This document shows positions 1 to 9,035 of a DNA stretch of 64,000 bases, piece after piece. The first letter of the stretch is position 1. Each line of letters begins with the position of its first letter. Made by a program: the position numbers and the translations under genes. The notes under the pieces were generated by a model, which worked only from the letters and a program-made list of their open reading frames with translations, was not told the DNA's origin and ran no database searches. The DNA comes from an uncultured Chloroflexia bacterium (GTDB lineage Bacteria; Chloroflexota; Limnocylindria; Limnocylindrales; CSP1-4): contig CAWEAL010000003.1 of the NCBI GenBank assembly GCA_963807035.1, forward strand, positions 164,372-228,371. Reading direction: 5' to 3'.

Positions 1-70
1 GCGGTTGACGACCGACTGACAGGCTGGGTTCACGGCAACGAAGGCCGTGACCACCTCACGAGGACCAGCC

Positions 71-478
71 ATGCCAGTTCGCTCCGCCGTCCGCAACGGC
101 ACTGCCCGCCTCGGTGTGACCCTGCTCGGGATCGCCGTCATCGCTGCGGCGTGCGCGGGCGCCACCGGTCGCGCCGCCAACACGGCCAGCTCCGGCCCGG
201 GCACGGACAGCCGCGCAGCCGCCGCCCAGAGTTCGGCCGGGCCGTCGGTCGACTGGGCCGAGCTTCTCAGCCCCGCACCGTCGCCGGCCGCCACGCCGGC
301 CGCGAGCTCGAGCCCGGCGGCGATTGCGGCCGCGACGCCGGCCCCGACCAGCCCGCCCTCGACGGCCGTCTCGACGACCAAGGCGGCCGCCCTGCTATCG
401 CAGGTGGATCACCTGCTCAACGAGCTCAATGGCGAGCTGTCGAATGCCGACGCCGCCGCCAGCAACCCGGGAGAGTGA
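71..478 (+). CDS. hypothetical secreted / lipoprotein-like protein, Ala-Pro-Ser rich
   Basis: ORF 47..478. The in-frame ATG at 71 follows GAGGA. The N-terminal hydrophobic stretch ends VIAAAC (lipobox-like). No family recognised. Confidence 0.5.
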   Translation: MPVRSAVRNGTARLGVTLLGIAVIAAACAGATGRAANTASSGPGTDSRAAAAQSSAGPSVDWAELLSPAPSPAATPAASSSPAAIAAATPAPTSPPSTAVSTTKAAALLSQVDHLLNELNGELSNADAAASNPGE

Positions 479-483
479 CTTCG

Positions 484-1314
484 ATGAACCTGCCCGCTTC
501 CACCCGGTTCGGCCGGGCCGTCCTTGCCGTCGGGGCCGCCGGCCTGCTCGCGCTCGGCTCGATCTCGTCGGTGGCCGCCGCCGGCCCGTCGGCCGGCTCG
601 ACCGTCGCCTCGACGACCACCACGGCAACGACCGCCGCGACCCATCGCTTCTGCGTTCCGGAATGGGCCGCTGCGCTCGCCCAGCCCCGGGTCGACCTGC
701 TGCGTGCCGTCGGCGACTGCGAGATCAACCGGCGGTTCGTCACCCTCGACACGCTGACCCGGCTGGTCAACCAGTCGGACGTCCTCACGGCCGACCACAA
801 GGTCGACCTGCGCGATGTCAATGCGCTCAATCCGGCGTCCTTCGCGGCCGAACGGACCGGGTTGACCGCGCTCAAGGCCAGGATCGACGCTGATACCACG
901 GTGGCCGCCCTGCGGGCCGACATCGCCAGGATCGCGCCCGCCTACCGGGTCTATCTGCTCGTCGTGCCCAAGACCCACCTCGTCGCCGCCGCCGACGCGA
1001 CCGAGAAGGCCTCGGCCCGGTTCGGCCCGCTCGCCAGCGAGCTCCAGAACCTGATCAACCTGGCCAAGGCGGCCGGCAAGGACGTGACTGCCGCCCAGGC
1101 GGCCCTCGACGACCTGAATGCCAAGGTTGCCCAGGTGAACGGCCTGATCGGACCGGTGGCCGGCTCGATCCTGCCGCTCAGCCCGGGCGATTGGAACGGC
1201 GGCACCGCCGGGCCGCTCCTGACTTCGGCACGGGCGACGATCCACGAGTCCAGGACCCTGCTGGCTGCGGCCAGCAAGGACGCCCACCAGGTGATCGCGC
1301 TGCTCGGCAGCTGA
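484..1314 (+). CDS. hypothetical secreted protein (signal peptide, Ala-rich helical)
   Basis: Internal ATG at 484 of ORF 151..1314, 5 nt after the upstream stop, with GGGAGAG upstream. N-terminus MNLPASTRFGRAVLAVGAAGLLALGSISSVAAAG looks like a signal peptide. Confidence 0.6.
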   Translation: MNLPASTRFGRAVLAVGAAGLLALGSISSVAAAGPSAGSTVASTTTTATTAATHRFCVPEWAAALAQPRVDLLRAVGDCEINRRFVTLDTLTRLVNQSDVLTADHKVDLRDVNALNPASFAAERTGLTALKARIDADTTVAALRADIARIAPAYRVYLLVVPKTHLVAAADATEKASARFGPLASELQNLINLAKAAGKDVTAAQAALDDLNAKVAQVNGLIGPVAGSILPLSPGDWNGGTAGPLLTSARATIHESRTLLAAASKDAHQVIALLGS

Positions 1315-1372
1315 CCGGCGGGCCGGCACCGGCGGGCCTTGGCGGCTCGCCGGCCGGCCAGATCGTCGATTG

Positions 1373-2293
1373 TCAGTCGGCGTCGAGCAGCTCCAGGACG
1401 GGACCGAGGGCCTCGATCGAGCCGAGGGTGATCGGGTCAAGGACGAGCTGGACCTCGTCGATGCCGGCCCGGGCGTAGGAGCGCAGCTCCTCGGCCATCT
1501 GCTCGATCGAACCGACCAGCGGCGGGATCCCTTCGCGGGTGTAGCCGCCCTGGAGGCGGCCCCGGCCGTCGGGCAGCCGGACGAGCACGGCGACGCTTCG
1601 CTCGATGTCGGATGGCGCTCGCCCGGCGGCGATCGCCGCCGCGTCGACCGCTGCCTGGAGCGGAGCAACGCCGTCCGGCCGGTTGCCGGTCGCGTCGTAC
1701 CAGGCGTTCCAGGCGTCGACGTACGGGGCGGTGATCCGAAGCATTCGCTCGCCGCTCGAGCCGAGCAGGAGCGGCGGGCCGCCCGGTCGAGTCGAACGCG
1801 GCAGCAGCTCGCAGTCGCGGGCCTGGTAGTAGGTCCCGTCGAAATCGACCGCGCCGTCGCGCAGCAGGGTCCGGATGATCGTGAACGCTTCCTCGAACCG
1901 GCTGATCCGATGGTCGAACGGGAAGCCGAAGGCTCGGTACTCGGTCTCGTTCCAGCCGGCGCCCAGACCGAGGACGAGGCGTCCCCCGCTGATCTCGTCG
2001 ACGGTCGCCGCCTGCTTGGCGAGCATCGCCGGGGCATGAAAGCTGGTCGAGGCGACGAGCGGGCCGATCGACACCCGGCTGGTCACGGCGGCGATGCCGG
2101 CCAGCGTCGTCCAGGCTTCCCACGGGCCGCGTGCTTCGGCCACGCCCGGCCAGCGGTAGAGGAGGTGGTCGCCGAGCCAGATCGCGTCGAAACCCAGGTC
2201 CTCGATCCGGCGAGCCATCGCCAGGATCTCCGGCCAGCGGACGACCCGCTCGACCTCGGGCAGCTGCACGCCAAGCCGCAGGGGGCGCGTCAT
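1373..2293 (-). CDS. LLM-class (luciferase-like) F420/flavin-dependent oxidoreductase
   Basis: 306 aa. N-terminus MTRPLRLGVQLPE...FDAIWLGDHLL and overall layout are typical of luciferase-like monooxygenase family proteins. Confidence 0.85.
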   Translation of the reverse strand: MTRPLRLGVQLPEVERVVRWPEILAMARRIEDLGFDAIWLGDHLLYRWPGVAEARGPWEAWTTLAGIAAVTSRVSIGPLVASTSFHAPAMLAKQAATVDEISGGRLVLGLGAGWNETEYRAFGFPFDHRISRFEEAFTIIRTLLRDGAVDFDGTYYQARDCELLPRSTRPGGPPLLLGSSGERMLRITAPYVDAWNAWYDATGNRPDGVAPLQAAVDAAAIAAGRAPSDIERSVAVLVRLPDGRGRLQGGYTREGIPPLVGSIEQMAEELRSYARAGIDEVQLVLDPITLGSIEALGPVLELLDAD

Positions 2294-2433
2294 TCGGGAT
2301 CGACTCCTGTCAACGGCCCGGACACGTCGGGAGTGTACCCGTCCACCCCGGACCGGGTCCCTCGACGCGGACCATCGAACAGATTCATACCAAACCTTCG
2401 TGCCCTGTCGGAGGGCGGCCCTGACCGGGCACG

Positions 2434-3093
2434 ATGACGGCGATCACACCGCTCGAGGGCACGATGTTCATCGACTTCACCGGCTTTGCCGGGGACTGCC
2501 TCGTCCACGGCAAGCTGGACCTTCGAGCGCCGCGGCTGACCGACCAGCTGAACGCCGAGCGGCTCGTCCAGCTTGTCGACGTCCAGCTCGAGGACCTGGG
2601 CAACGGCCGGCGGGTCGCCACGCCCGAGTTCGCGATCGAGCGCAGCCAGCTGTGCGCCGTCCGGGCGACCGGGCCGCGCGGCTCGCGGGCCCTCCGGATC
2701 GCCACCGCGCCCCACCGCCTGCGTGCCCAGATCGGGCCGTACACGATCCTCGGCCGGCTGCACGAGCCGGTCGGCGTCGATGCCCTGACGACGTTCGAGC
2801 AGCGCGACCTGATGGTGCCCCTGACCGATGCGACGATCGCGTTCATGGTCGGCGGGATCCTCGACGTGCGAGATTGGCCGGCGCTCGTGATCAACCGCGA
2901 GCTCGCGAGCTGGTACCAGCCCGTCGACGCCGAAGCCTCGCTCGACCTCGTGCCGACCGCCGGCCCGGCGGCGAGCGGACCGTCCAGCCCGAAGCTCGTC
3001 GCGGTCGGCGGCCGGGGCGCTCCGGCGCTACAGGCTGCCGATCGAGCGCGACGGCATGCGGGGAGCTCGCCGCGAGGGCCCAAGTCCCGCTAG
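2434..3093 (+). CDS. hypothetical protein
   Basis: 219-aa ORF. The first ~165 aa have balanced, protein-like composition. The 3' end overlaps the convergent glycosylase gene by 66 nt, so the true stop is uncertain. Confidence 0.45.
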   Translation: MTAITPLEGTMFIDFTGFAGDCLVHGKLDLRAPRLTDQLNAERLVQLVDVQLEDLGNGRRVATPEFAIERSQLCAVRATGPRGSRALRIATAPHRLRAQIGPYTILGRLHEPVGVDALTTFEQRDLMVPLTDATIAFMVGGILDVRDWPALVINRELASWYQPVDAEASLDLVPTAGPAASGPSSPKLVAVGGRGAPALQAADRARRHAGSSPRGPKSR

Positions 3094-3978
3094 GTCGCGA
3101 CTGCCGAGCTCGAGCCAGCGGACGACCCGGCCGCGCTGGCCCCGCCACGGCTCGAGCAGCTCGAGCATCCGCCGGTCGTCGCCGTCGTGCTCGCCGGCCA
3201 GGACGAAGCAGACCAGCCTGGGCAGGTGGTAATCGCCGATGCTGACGGCGTCCGCGTCGCCGAACGCCGCCCGGCCCACCTCTCCGGCCGTCCACGGCCC
3301 GATCCCGGGGATCTGCTGGAGCCGCCGGCCGGCCTCGGCCGGGTCGAGCGCCGCCAGGGCCTCGAGCCGGGCGGCGGCTCCGCCCAGGCGGCGGAGGAGC
3401 TCGGCCCGGCGGCGCTCGAGCCCGAGGGGGTGGTAGGCGTAATAGGGGAGGGCAGCCAGGACGGAGGGAGCCGGCGGAAGGCGCAGCTCGAACGGACCGG
3501 GCGCATCTTCGCCGTGGGCGTGGATCAGGGCGCGGTAGACCCGGCGTGCCTCGTCGCCGGTGATCTTCTGCTCGAGGATCGCGGGCACGAGGGCCTCGAG
3601 CACTGCATCGGTCCGGCCGATCCGGATCCCGGCGTAGCGGCGGGCCAGCTCGTCGAGGAGCGGTTGGCCGGGCATGAACGCGGCCGGCCGATCTCGGAGG
3701 CCGAGGAGGTCCGGCGCATGGGCGACCGCCCACGCCGCGCCGGGTCCCCACGCTCGAACGGTTACCCCCGGGCCGGTCCGGACGAGCTCTTCGGCGGCAG
3801 GCCCGGCGGGGGTCCGGGTCGCCCGCCGGACCCGGTCCGGCTCGATCCGGATCGTCGGATCGCCCCGACCATGGGCGAGCGGAGCGAGGGTCCGTTCGAG
3901 GTCGAACGGACCCTCGATCGGCAGGTTCGCGGTCGCCTCGGGCGGCTGGCGAGCGGTCGGGCCGTCGGGCGGTGTCAT
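3028..3978 (-). CDS. HhH-GPD superfamily DNA glycosylase (AlkA / 3-methyladenine glycosylase II-like)
   Basis: ORF 3028..3999. Contains QQIPGIGPWTAGEV ... GDADAVSIGDYHL, a helix-hairpin-helix plus Gly/Pro-Asp type motif. ATG at 3978 preferred over GTG at 3999. Confidence 0.75.
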   Translation of the reverse strand: MTPPDGPTARQPPEATANLPIEGPFDLERTLAPLAHGRGDPTIRIEPDRVRRATRTPAGPAAEELVRTGPGVTVRAWGPGAAWAVAHAPDLLGLRDRPAAFMPGQPLLDELARRYAGIRIGRTDAVLEALVPAILEQKITGDEARRVYRALIHAHGEDAPGPFELRLPPAPSVLAALPYYAYHPLGLERRRAELLRRLGGAAARLEALAALDPAEAGRRLQQIPGIGPWTAGEVGRAAFGDADAVSIGDYHLPRLVCFVLAGEHDGDDRRMLELLEPWRGQRGRVVRWLELGSRDLAGLGPSRRAPRMPSRSIGSL

Positions 3979-3990
3979 CGCCGGGCATGG

Positions 3991-3996
3991 TAGCGT
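3991..3996 (+). promoter_or_regulatory. -10-like hexamer TAGCGT, 8 nt upstream of ATG 4005 (leaderless-type start)
   Basis: TANNNT hexamer at the spacing expected for a transcription start at or near the start codon. No SD between them. Confidence 0.35.
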
Positions 3997-4004
3997 CACG
4001 ACTG

Positions 4005-4499
4005 ATGAACCTCCGCCCGCCGGTGCCTGCGCTCATCCTCGTCGGGCTCAGCTGGGCCCTCGCCGCCTGCGGCGGGCCGGTTGCGGTGGCGCCGTCACCG
4101 ACGGCGGGGATGCAGCCGGTCACCTTCGTCTACCTGATCGACGGGCCGGACGCCGGCATCGCCCATACGACCCACGTCCAGGTCGTCGACCAGGCGAATG
4201 CGCTTGTCCTCGAGACCACCCTCCAGGCGGCCGGATCGGTCGACACCGGTACGGTGGCGCTCAAGCCCGGCTCGTACGGCGTGATCGCCTGGGACGAGCG
4301 GCCGGCCTCTCCCGCCCCGATCGTGTCGGCGAAGTGCGGGGCGCCGTTCAGGATCGACGCCGGCCAGGCGATGGTCGTCACGATCACCAACTCCAGGGTC
4401 GGTGCCTGCCTGACCGACACGACCGAGCCAGGCGCCTCGGAAGCTCCCGGCACGTCCGGCTCGCCGGGACCGTCGGTCTCGACCCCCGGGCCATCCTAG
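4005..4499 (+). CDS. lipoprotein, function unknown
   Basis: MNLRPPVPALILVGLSWALAACGGP has a canonical lipobox (LAAC). In-frame ATG inside ORF 3972..4499. Confidence 0.6.
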   Translation: MNLRPPVPALILVGLSWALAACGGPVAVAPSPTAGMQPVTFVYLIDGPDAGIAHTTHVQVVDQANALVLETTLQAAGSVDTGTVALKPGSYGVIAWDERPASPAPIVSAKCGAPFRIDAGQAMVVTITNSRVGACLTDTTEPGASEAPGTSGSPGPSVSTPGPS

Positions 4500-4599
4500 G
4501 CGTCCCGGCCGGGCTCCCAGCCGTCCGCAGCCAGCTCGAACCCGGCGAATTCGAATGCGGGTCTGACGGTGCAGCCGACGAGGCCCCACGCACCAGGGC

Positions 4600-5661
4600 T
4601 CACTGCCTGGCCGCCTGCCGGCGCGGGCTGTCGTTCCAGCGTGCCTCTGGGGCCAGGACCAGGCTCGACAGCCGGAGCAGGGCATCCTCGTAGTTCACCC
4701 GCCAGCCGGCGAAGTCGCGCCAGGCCTGGTCCCGGTCCGGCCGCATCGGCAGGCCGGCTGCAGCGAGCTCGTCGGCCGCGGCATCGAACTCGCTGCGCGA
4801 GACCCGGATCGGATCGCCGGCTCGAGCCGGCCGGGCGATCGTCGGGATCCGGAAGAAGGCGGCGATCTGGTCGAGGGCCGCGTAGCCGGCAGTGATCGCC
4901 AGGTCGGCCCGGGCCTCGACCGGGACGTCGATCGTTGATCGGAGCAGCGACGCGCCGTCGAGGATCGCCCCGGCAGCGGTGACCCACGACCGGCTCGAGC
5001 GGGGCGAGCGGTAGAACGGCAGGGCCGCCAGGGTCGTATGACTCTCCTCGAGATCGATGAACCAGGCCTCCGCCTCGGTCCACAGCTCGACCAGGGCCCC
5101 GGGCAGGCCGGCCGACCAGAACCGGATCAGCAGCTCGGTGCCCGAGGCCGGGCTGCCGGCCCGGACGTCGAGCTTGGCCACGAACGCCTCTCGCCGCTGG
5201 AAGGCGGTGTACATCGTCGGCAGGTAGGCGATCAGGAGGGCGACGAGGATCAGGCCGATTGCCGCCTCGCCGACCGACAGGATGAGCGCCGGCCAGCCGT
5301 TGACCGGCGCGAAGCCGAGGGTGAGCAGCGCCGAACCGCTCTCCCGGACGGCCGCCTCGGCGGTCGTCGGCCCGATCGCCCAGAACATCGCGGCGAAACC
5401 GGCCAGGACCAGGGCCAGGAGGAAGAGCGGCAGGACGAACAGGGCGATCGGCGCGAAGAGGGCCATGATCGCGTCCCGACGCTCGTACCCGAGGCCGGGC
5501 CGGGCGGCCGCCCGGAACAGGCGGCCGAAGACCCGGAATTCGGCCGAGCTGATCTGGTCGTAGGCGCCCCGCGGCACGACGAACGTTCTCACCGCCGACA
5601 GGAGCGCCCGCAGGGCGAGGACCAGCCCGGCCACGAACACGACGACCTGGATGGCGAGCAT
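4600..5661 (-). CDS. integral membrane protein, function unknown
   Basis: 353 aa with four or more hydrophobic helices in the N-terminal half and a soluble C-terminal half. No family recognised. Confidence 0.65.
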   Translation of the reverse strand: MLAIQVVVFVAGLVLALRALLSAVRTFVVPRGAYDQISSAEFRVFGRLFRAAARPGLGYERRDAIMALFAPIALFVLPLFLLALVLAGFAAMFWAIGPTTAEAAVRESGSALLTLGFAPVNGWPALILSVGEAAIGLILVALLIAYLPTMYTAFQRREAFVAKLDVRAGSPASGTELLIRFWSAGLPGALVELWTEAEAWFIDLEESHTTLAALPFYRSPRSSRSWVTAAGAILDGASLLRSTIDVPVEARADLAITAGYAALDQIAAFFRIPTIARPARAGDPIRVSRSEFDAAADELAAAGLPMRPDRDQAWRDFAGWRVNYEDALLRLSSLVLAPEARWNDSPRRQAARQ

Positions 5662-5923
5662 CGCCGCTCAGCGTAGCCGGTCGCGCCGCGCGGTTGGGCC
5701 GGTCGGGGACGAGTCGGGCCCGATCGGGGCCTGCCTCGCCTGGCCCTCGCCCAGGCCACGCAACGCCGCCTGGGCGGGCTCGGGCCATCGGTCTTGTCCA
5801 CGCACCAAACGCGCGGTTTCAGGGTTCGAGCGGGTCGGCGCGGAGCGCCTCGCCCTGCCGTATCTCCCGCCGCCCACCCGCGCCGCGTCGTAGGATCGGG
5901 CTTCCAGCCGCAGGGAGGACCCG

Positions 5924-6472
5924 ATGCCCGCAACCGCCGAATCGCTGGCCCAGGGCCGCGCCTATCAGCAGACCCTCCTGGCCGCCCTGGGCGAGGACGA
6001 TCCCGCAGTCGCCCAGGCCGAGACGCCGGCCAACCTCCGGCGCCTGATCGAGGACTCCGGCGTCGACCTTCGGACGCGTCCCGAGCCGACGGAATGGTCG
6101 GTGGTCGAGTTGATCGGCCACGTGGTCGACGCCGAGCTGGTGTCGTCCGCCCGCTATCGCTGGATCCTGGCCGAGGACGAGCCCGAGCTGATGCCCTATG
6201 ACCAGGATCGCTGGGCGACGCGGTTCCATCCGGCCGGCGAGCCGGTCGAGGAGCTCCTGTCCCTGTTCGAGCCCCTGCGCGCGGCCAACCTGCGGCTGTG
6301 GCGGGCGACGCCGGCGGCGGATCGGGCGCGGGTCGGCCAGCATCTCGAACGCGGCCCGGAGAGCTACGACCTCACGTTCCGGCTGCTGGCCGGCCACGAC
6401 CGGGTCCACATCGCCCAGGCCCGCGCCGGACTCGCCCGGATTCGTGTTCGCGGCGCAGGTGCGCGAACCTGA
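5924..6472 (+). CDS. DinB-family (DinB_2-like) metal-dependent four-helix-bundle protein
   Basis: 182 aa. Motifs WSVVELIGHVVDAE ... LLAGHDRVHIAQ match the His-triad spacing of DinB-like proteins. GGGAGGA SD upstream. Confidence 0.8.
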   Translation: MPATAESLAQGRAYQQTLLAALGEDDPAVAQAETPANLRRLIEDSGVDLRTRPEPTEWSVVELIGHVVDAELVSSARYRWILAEDEPELMPYDQDRWATRFHPAGEPVEELLSLFEPLRAANLRLWRATPAADRARVGQHLERGPESYDLTFRLLAGHDRVHIAQARAGLARIRVRGAGART

Positions 6473-6583
6473 TCGATTCCTGAATCTCGGGGCTTGTGCG
6501 ACGGGCCAAGGTGGTCTAGGCTTGATTCGTCCCCGCCAGGGGGCCAAAGTGAATTGCACGGCGAACACGGTCACTCCTCTCAC

Positions 6584-6611
6584 GGTTTCCGCGAGATCGA
6601 TCGCGGAAACC
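6584..6611 (+). promoter_or_regulatory. perfect 10-bp inverted repeat (GGTTTCCGCG n8 CGCGGAAACC) in the leader of the zinc-ribbon gene
   Basis: Read directly from the sequence. Lies 24 nt upstream of the TTG start at 6635 and just before the AGGAG SD, so it could be an operator or a 5'-UTR hairpin. Confidence 0.3.
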
Positions 6612-6634
6612 GGGCATAGTAGGAGTGATTTTCA

Positions 6635-7004
6635 TTGTACGCGGACAAGACCCTGACCTGCGCTGATTGCGGCCAGGAGTTCACGTTCACCTCGAGCGAG
6701 CAGGAGTTCTACTCGCAGCGCGGCTTCAGTGAGCCGCGCCGTTGCAGCAGCTCGCCGAGCCAGCCGCAAGGCAGCTCGGGGCGAGAGCGGGGGCTCCAGC
6801 TACGGCGGCAGCTCGAGCTATGGCTCGGGCGGCGGATACGGTGGTGGCGGCGGATACGGTGGCGGCGGGAGCCGTGATCGTGGCCCGCGCGAGATGTTCT
6901 CGGCCACCTGCTCGAGCTGCGGCAAGGAGGCCCAGGTCCCCTTCCGTCCCACGAGCGGCAAGCCCGTCTATTGCGCGGACTGCTTCGCAACGCAGCGCCG
7001 CTAG
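6635..7004 (+). pseudogene. zinc-ribbon (CxxC...CxxC, two-domain) protein with Gly-rich linker, frameshifted
   Basis: N-terminal module MYADKTLTCADCGQEFTFTSSEQEFYSQRGFSEPRRCSS is in frame 2. The linker and C-terminal module ...RRASRKAARGESGG..GGYGGGGGYGGGG..FSATCSSCGKEAQVPFRPTSGKPVYCADCF are in frame 3. The intact paralog at 40546..40884 reads RCSSCRASRR across the same point. An apparent 2-nt deletion at about 6752 removes the second Cys codon. Confidence 0.7.
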
Positions 7005-7050
7005 CTTGACGTTGGACGGCGTTCGCGCCGCCTGACCTCGAACCGAACAG

Positions 7051-7080
7051 ACGCCCCGGCCCCGGCCGGGGCGTTTCTCG
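7051..7080 (+). terminator. rho-independent terminator-like hairpin after the zinc-ribbon gene
   Basis: ACGCCCCGGCC cc GGCCGGGGCGT stem followed by TTCTCGTT. Confidence 0.5.
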
Positions 7081-7180
7081 TTCCCTGCGCCGGGACTCCC
7101 CGGGCGCCCGCCGTCCAGCCCGGCCAGACTGGGCGGACCGGGGGCGGACCGCCACCGCGCCGACCGCAGGAGAGACCGCC

Positions 7181-8299
7181 ATGGCCCGCCGACACACGCC
7201 CTACTACCACCAGTTCGTGGCGCTCGGCGCCGAGATCGTCGACCGGATCGGCTTCGACGCCGCGTTTCGGTTCAGCACGGTCGAGGAGGAGCACCTGGCG
7301 ACACGGACGGCGGCCGGCATGTACGACGTCTACTACCAGGGCGCCGTCGACGTGAAGGGCCTCGAGGCCGAGGCGTTCCTCAACTCGGTCCTCGTCAACG
7401 ACGTCCGGAAGCTGACCGACGGCGGGGTCCTGTACAGCTCGGCCCTGAACGAGGCCGGCGGGATGATCGACGACCTCACCGTGTTCCGCTTCTCGGCCCG
7501 CCACTACTGGCTGTGCCCCACCCCGTCGCGGGTCGACCGGATCGTCGCCCACCTGGCCGAGCAGGCGCGCGGCAGGCTCGCCTACGTCACGAACTGCGTG
7601 TCGGGCACGGCCTACCTGTCGATCCAGGGGCCCGCCAGCCGGCAGCTCCTGGCCGGCCTGACCGAGATCGACCTGTCGACGACGGAGCTGCCCTACTACC
7701 GGTTCTGCCAGGGGATCCTGGCCGAGGTCCCGGTCGTCCTCTCGAGGACCGGCTACTCGGGCGAGCTCGGCTACGAGCTGTTCTACCCGCGTGACTACGC
7801 CGACCACATGTGGACGGCGCTCCTCGAAGCCGGCCAGGAACACGGCCTGCGGCCGGCCGGCCTGGGTGCGCTGCGGAGCGTCCGGATGGAGAAGAAGTAC
7901 CCGCTCTACGGGCTCGACCTCGACGAGACGACCAGCCCGTACGAAGCCGGCCTCGGCTGGACGGTCCATCTCGACAAGGGCGAATTCATCGGCCGGGACG
8001 CCCTCCTCCGCCAGCGCGAGGCCGGCCTGACGAGATCGCTCGTCGGGATCGCCTTCGACGGCGTCGGATTCCTGCCCAGGCCCGGCGATGCCGTATCGAT
8101 CGACGGCCGCGCCGTTGGCAGGATCACCTCGGCCGACACCGGCTACGCCCTCGGCCGGACGCTCGCCCTCGGCTACCTCGAGCCGTCGGTCGCCGAGGGT
8201 GCCATGGTCACCGTGACGACCGGCGACGGTGCCAAGGCGGCCGGCACGGTCCACCATGCCGCGCTGTACGACCCGGAGCGCCGACGGCTCCGGGCCTGA
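7181..8299 (+). CDS. aminomethyltransferase family protein (glycine-cleavage T-protein fold)
   Basis: 372 aa. RHTPYYHQFVALGAEIV...EEEHLATRTAAGMYDV...GYSGELGYELF are characteristic GcvT-family motifs. No gcvH or gcvP nearby, so the substrate is uncertain. Confidence 0.85.
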   Translation: MARRHTPYYHQFVALGAEIVDRIGFDAAFRFSTVEEEHLATRTAAGMYDVYYQGAVDVKGLEAEAFLNSVLVNDVRKLTDGGVLYSSALNEAGGMIDDLTVFRFSARHYWLCPTPSRVDRIVAHLAEQARGRLAYVTNCVSGTAYLSIQGPASRQLLAGLTEIDLSTTELPYYRFCQGILAEVPVVLSRTGYSGELGYELFYPRDYADHMWTALLEAGQEHGLRPAGLGALRSVRMEKKYPLYGLDLDETTSPYEAGLGWTVHLDKGEFIGRDALLRQREAGLTRSLVGIAFDGVGFLPRPGDAVSIDGRAVGRITSADTGYALGRTLALGYLEPSVAEGAMVTVTTGDGAKAAGTVHHAALYDPERRRLRA

Positions 8300-8313
8300 C
8301 CGCGCCCCTGGCG

Positions 8314-8319
8314 TAGGAT
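8314..8319 (+). promoter_or_regulatory. -10-like hexamer TAGGAT, 6 nt upstream of ATG 8326 (leaderless-type start)
   Basis: Hexamer and spacing read directly. No SD. Confidence 0.35.
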
Positions 8320-8325
8320 CTGGAC

Positions 8326-8523
8326 ATGTGCCGAAGCATCAAGACCCTCCGCCGACCCGAGACCAAGGCGACCGACGAAGAGGTTGCCGCGGCCGCACTC
8401 CAGTTCGTGCGGAAGGTGAGCGGCTATCGCGTCCCGTCCCGGAAGAACGCCGAGGCGTTCGACGGTGCGGTGGCCGACATTGCCGCCGCCTCCCGCCGCC
8501 TGCTCGACTCGCTCGCCTCCTGA
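8326..8523 (+). CDS. DUF2277-family small protein
   Basis: 65 aa. MCRSIKTLRRPETKATDEEVAAAALQFVRKVSG... matches the conserved N-terminus I recall for DUF2277 proteins. Confidence 0.7.
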   Translation: MCRSIKTLRRPETKATDEEVAAAALQFVRKVSGYRVPSRKNAEAFDGAVADIAAASRRLLDSLAS

Positions 8524-8541
8524 CCGGGGCTCCTGGATCGG

Positions 8542-9021
8542 CTAGCCGTCCGCGGCGGCCCAGCGGACCGCGGCGGTGATCTCGACCGCGATGATCGGCC
8601 GGGCCTCGAGGTCGTGGTCGCGGTACTGCGGGTAACGCCTCCGCAGCAGGTCGATCGCCAGGCGCCGCTCGCGGACGGCCCCGGGTTCGTCCGGCTCGAG
8701 GAGGGCCGCCGTGCCGTGGAGCCGGAGCCAGGCCAGCTTCGACCAGTCCTCCGACCACCGGTCGACGAGCAGGCTGACTGCCGGCCAGGCGGCAAGGTCG
8801 GCGACGCGGCCCAGCTGGCGCGGATCGGCCGAGCGCTTCGGCTTCTGGTCGATCGGCGTCCAGAGCATGTCTCGTTCCGGGTCGGGCGCGAAGCAGCACG
8901 GCACGAGCCTCGGGCGGCTGTTCGGGTCGAGCGTCGCGAGGGTCGCCGTCCGGCTCGACAGCAGGAGGCGACGGTCGGACGCGGTGAGGATCGGCGGGGG
9001 CAGGCTGGTCATCGCGCCCAT
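8542..9021 (-). CDS. PPOX-class (pyridoxamine 5'-phosphate oxidase-like) probable F420-dependent enzyme
   Basis: 159 aa. ATLATLDPNSRPRLVPCCF...WLRLHGTA has a split-barrel PPOX-like pattern. Confidence 0.7.
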   Translation of the reverse strand: MGAMTSLPPPILTASDRRLLLSSRTATLATLDPNSRPRLVPCCFAPDPERDMLWTPIDQKPKRSADPRQLGRVADLAAWPAVSLLVDRWSEDWSKLAWLRLHGTAALLEPDEPGAVRERRLAIDLLRRRYPQYRDHDLEARPIIAVEITAAVRWAAADG

Positions 9022-9023
9022 CG

Positions 9024-9029
9024 TAGACT
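9024..9029 (+). promoter_or_regulatory. -10-like hexamer TAGACT, 6 nt upstream of GTG 9036 (leaderless-type start of fdhD)
   Basis: Hexamer and spacing read directly. Confidence 0.35.
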
Positions 9030-9035
9030 TCGAGC

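Noticed and set aside
409-2037. Very long ORFs antisense to, or out of frame with, recognisable genes. Examples: 409..2037 (-), 8339..9832 (-), 8711..11347 (+), 34323..37499 (-), 35159..37340 (+), 57215..59341 (+), 22040..23719 (+).
   Set aside because: Their translations are Arg/Pro/Gly/Ala low-complexity, typical of stop-poor alternative frames in very GC-rich DNA. Each overlaps a gene with clear family motifs in another frame.
7085-7180. Possible glycine riboswitch upstream of the aminomethyltransferase gene.
   Set aside because: Only about 95 nt are available after the terminator. I could not find the conserved aptamer blocks (for example the CACCG...GGGGCAA core). The GGAGAG present is best explained as the SD.
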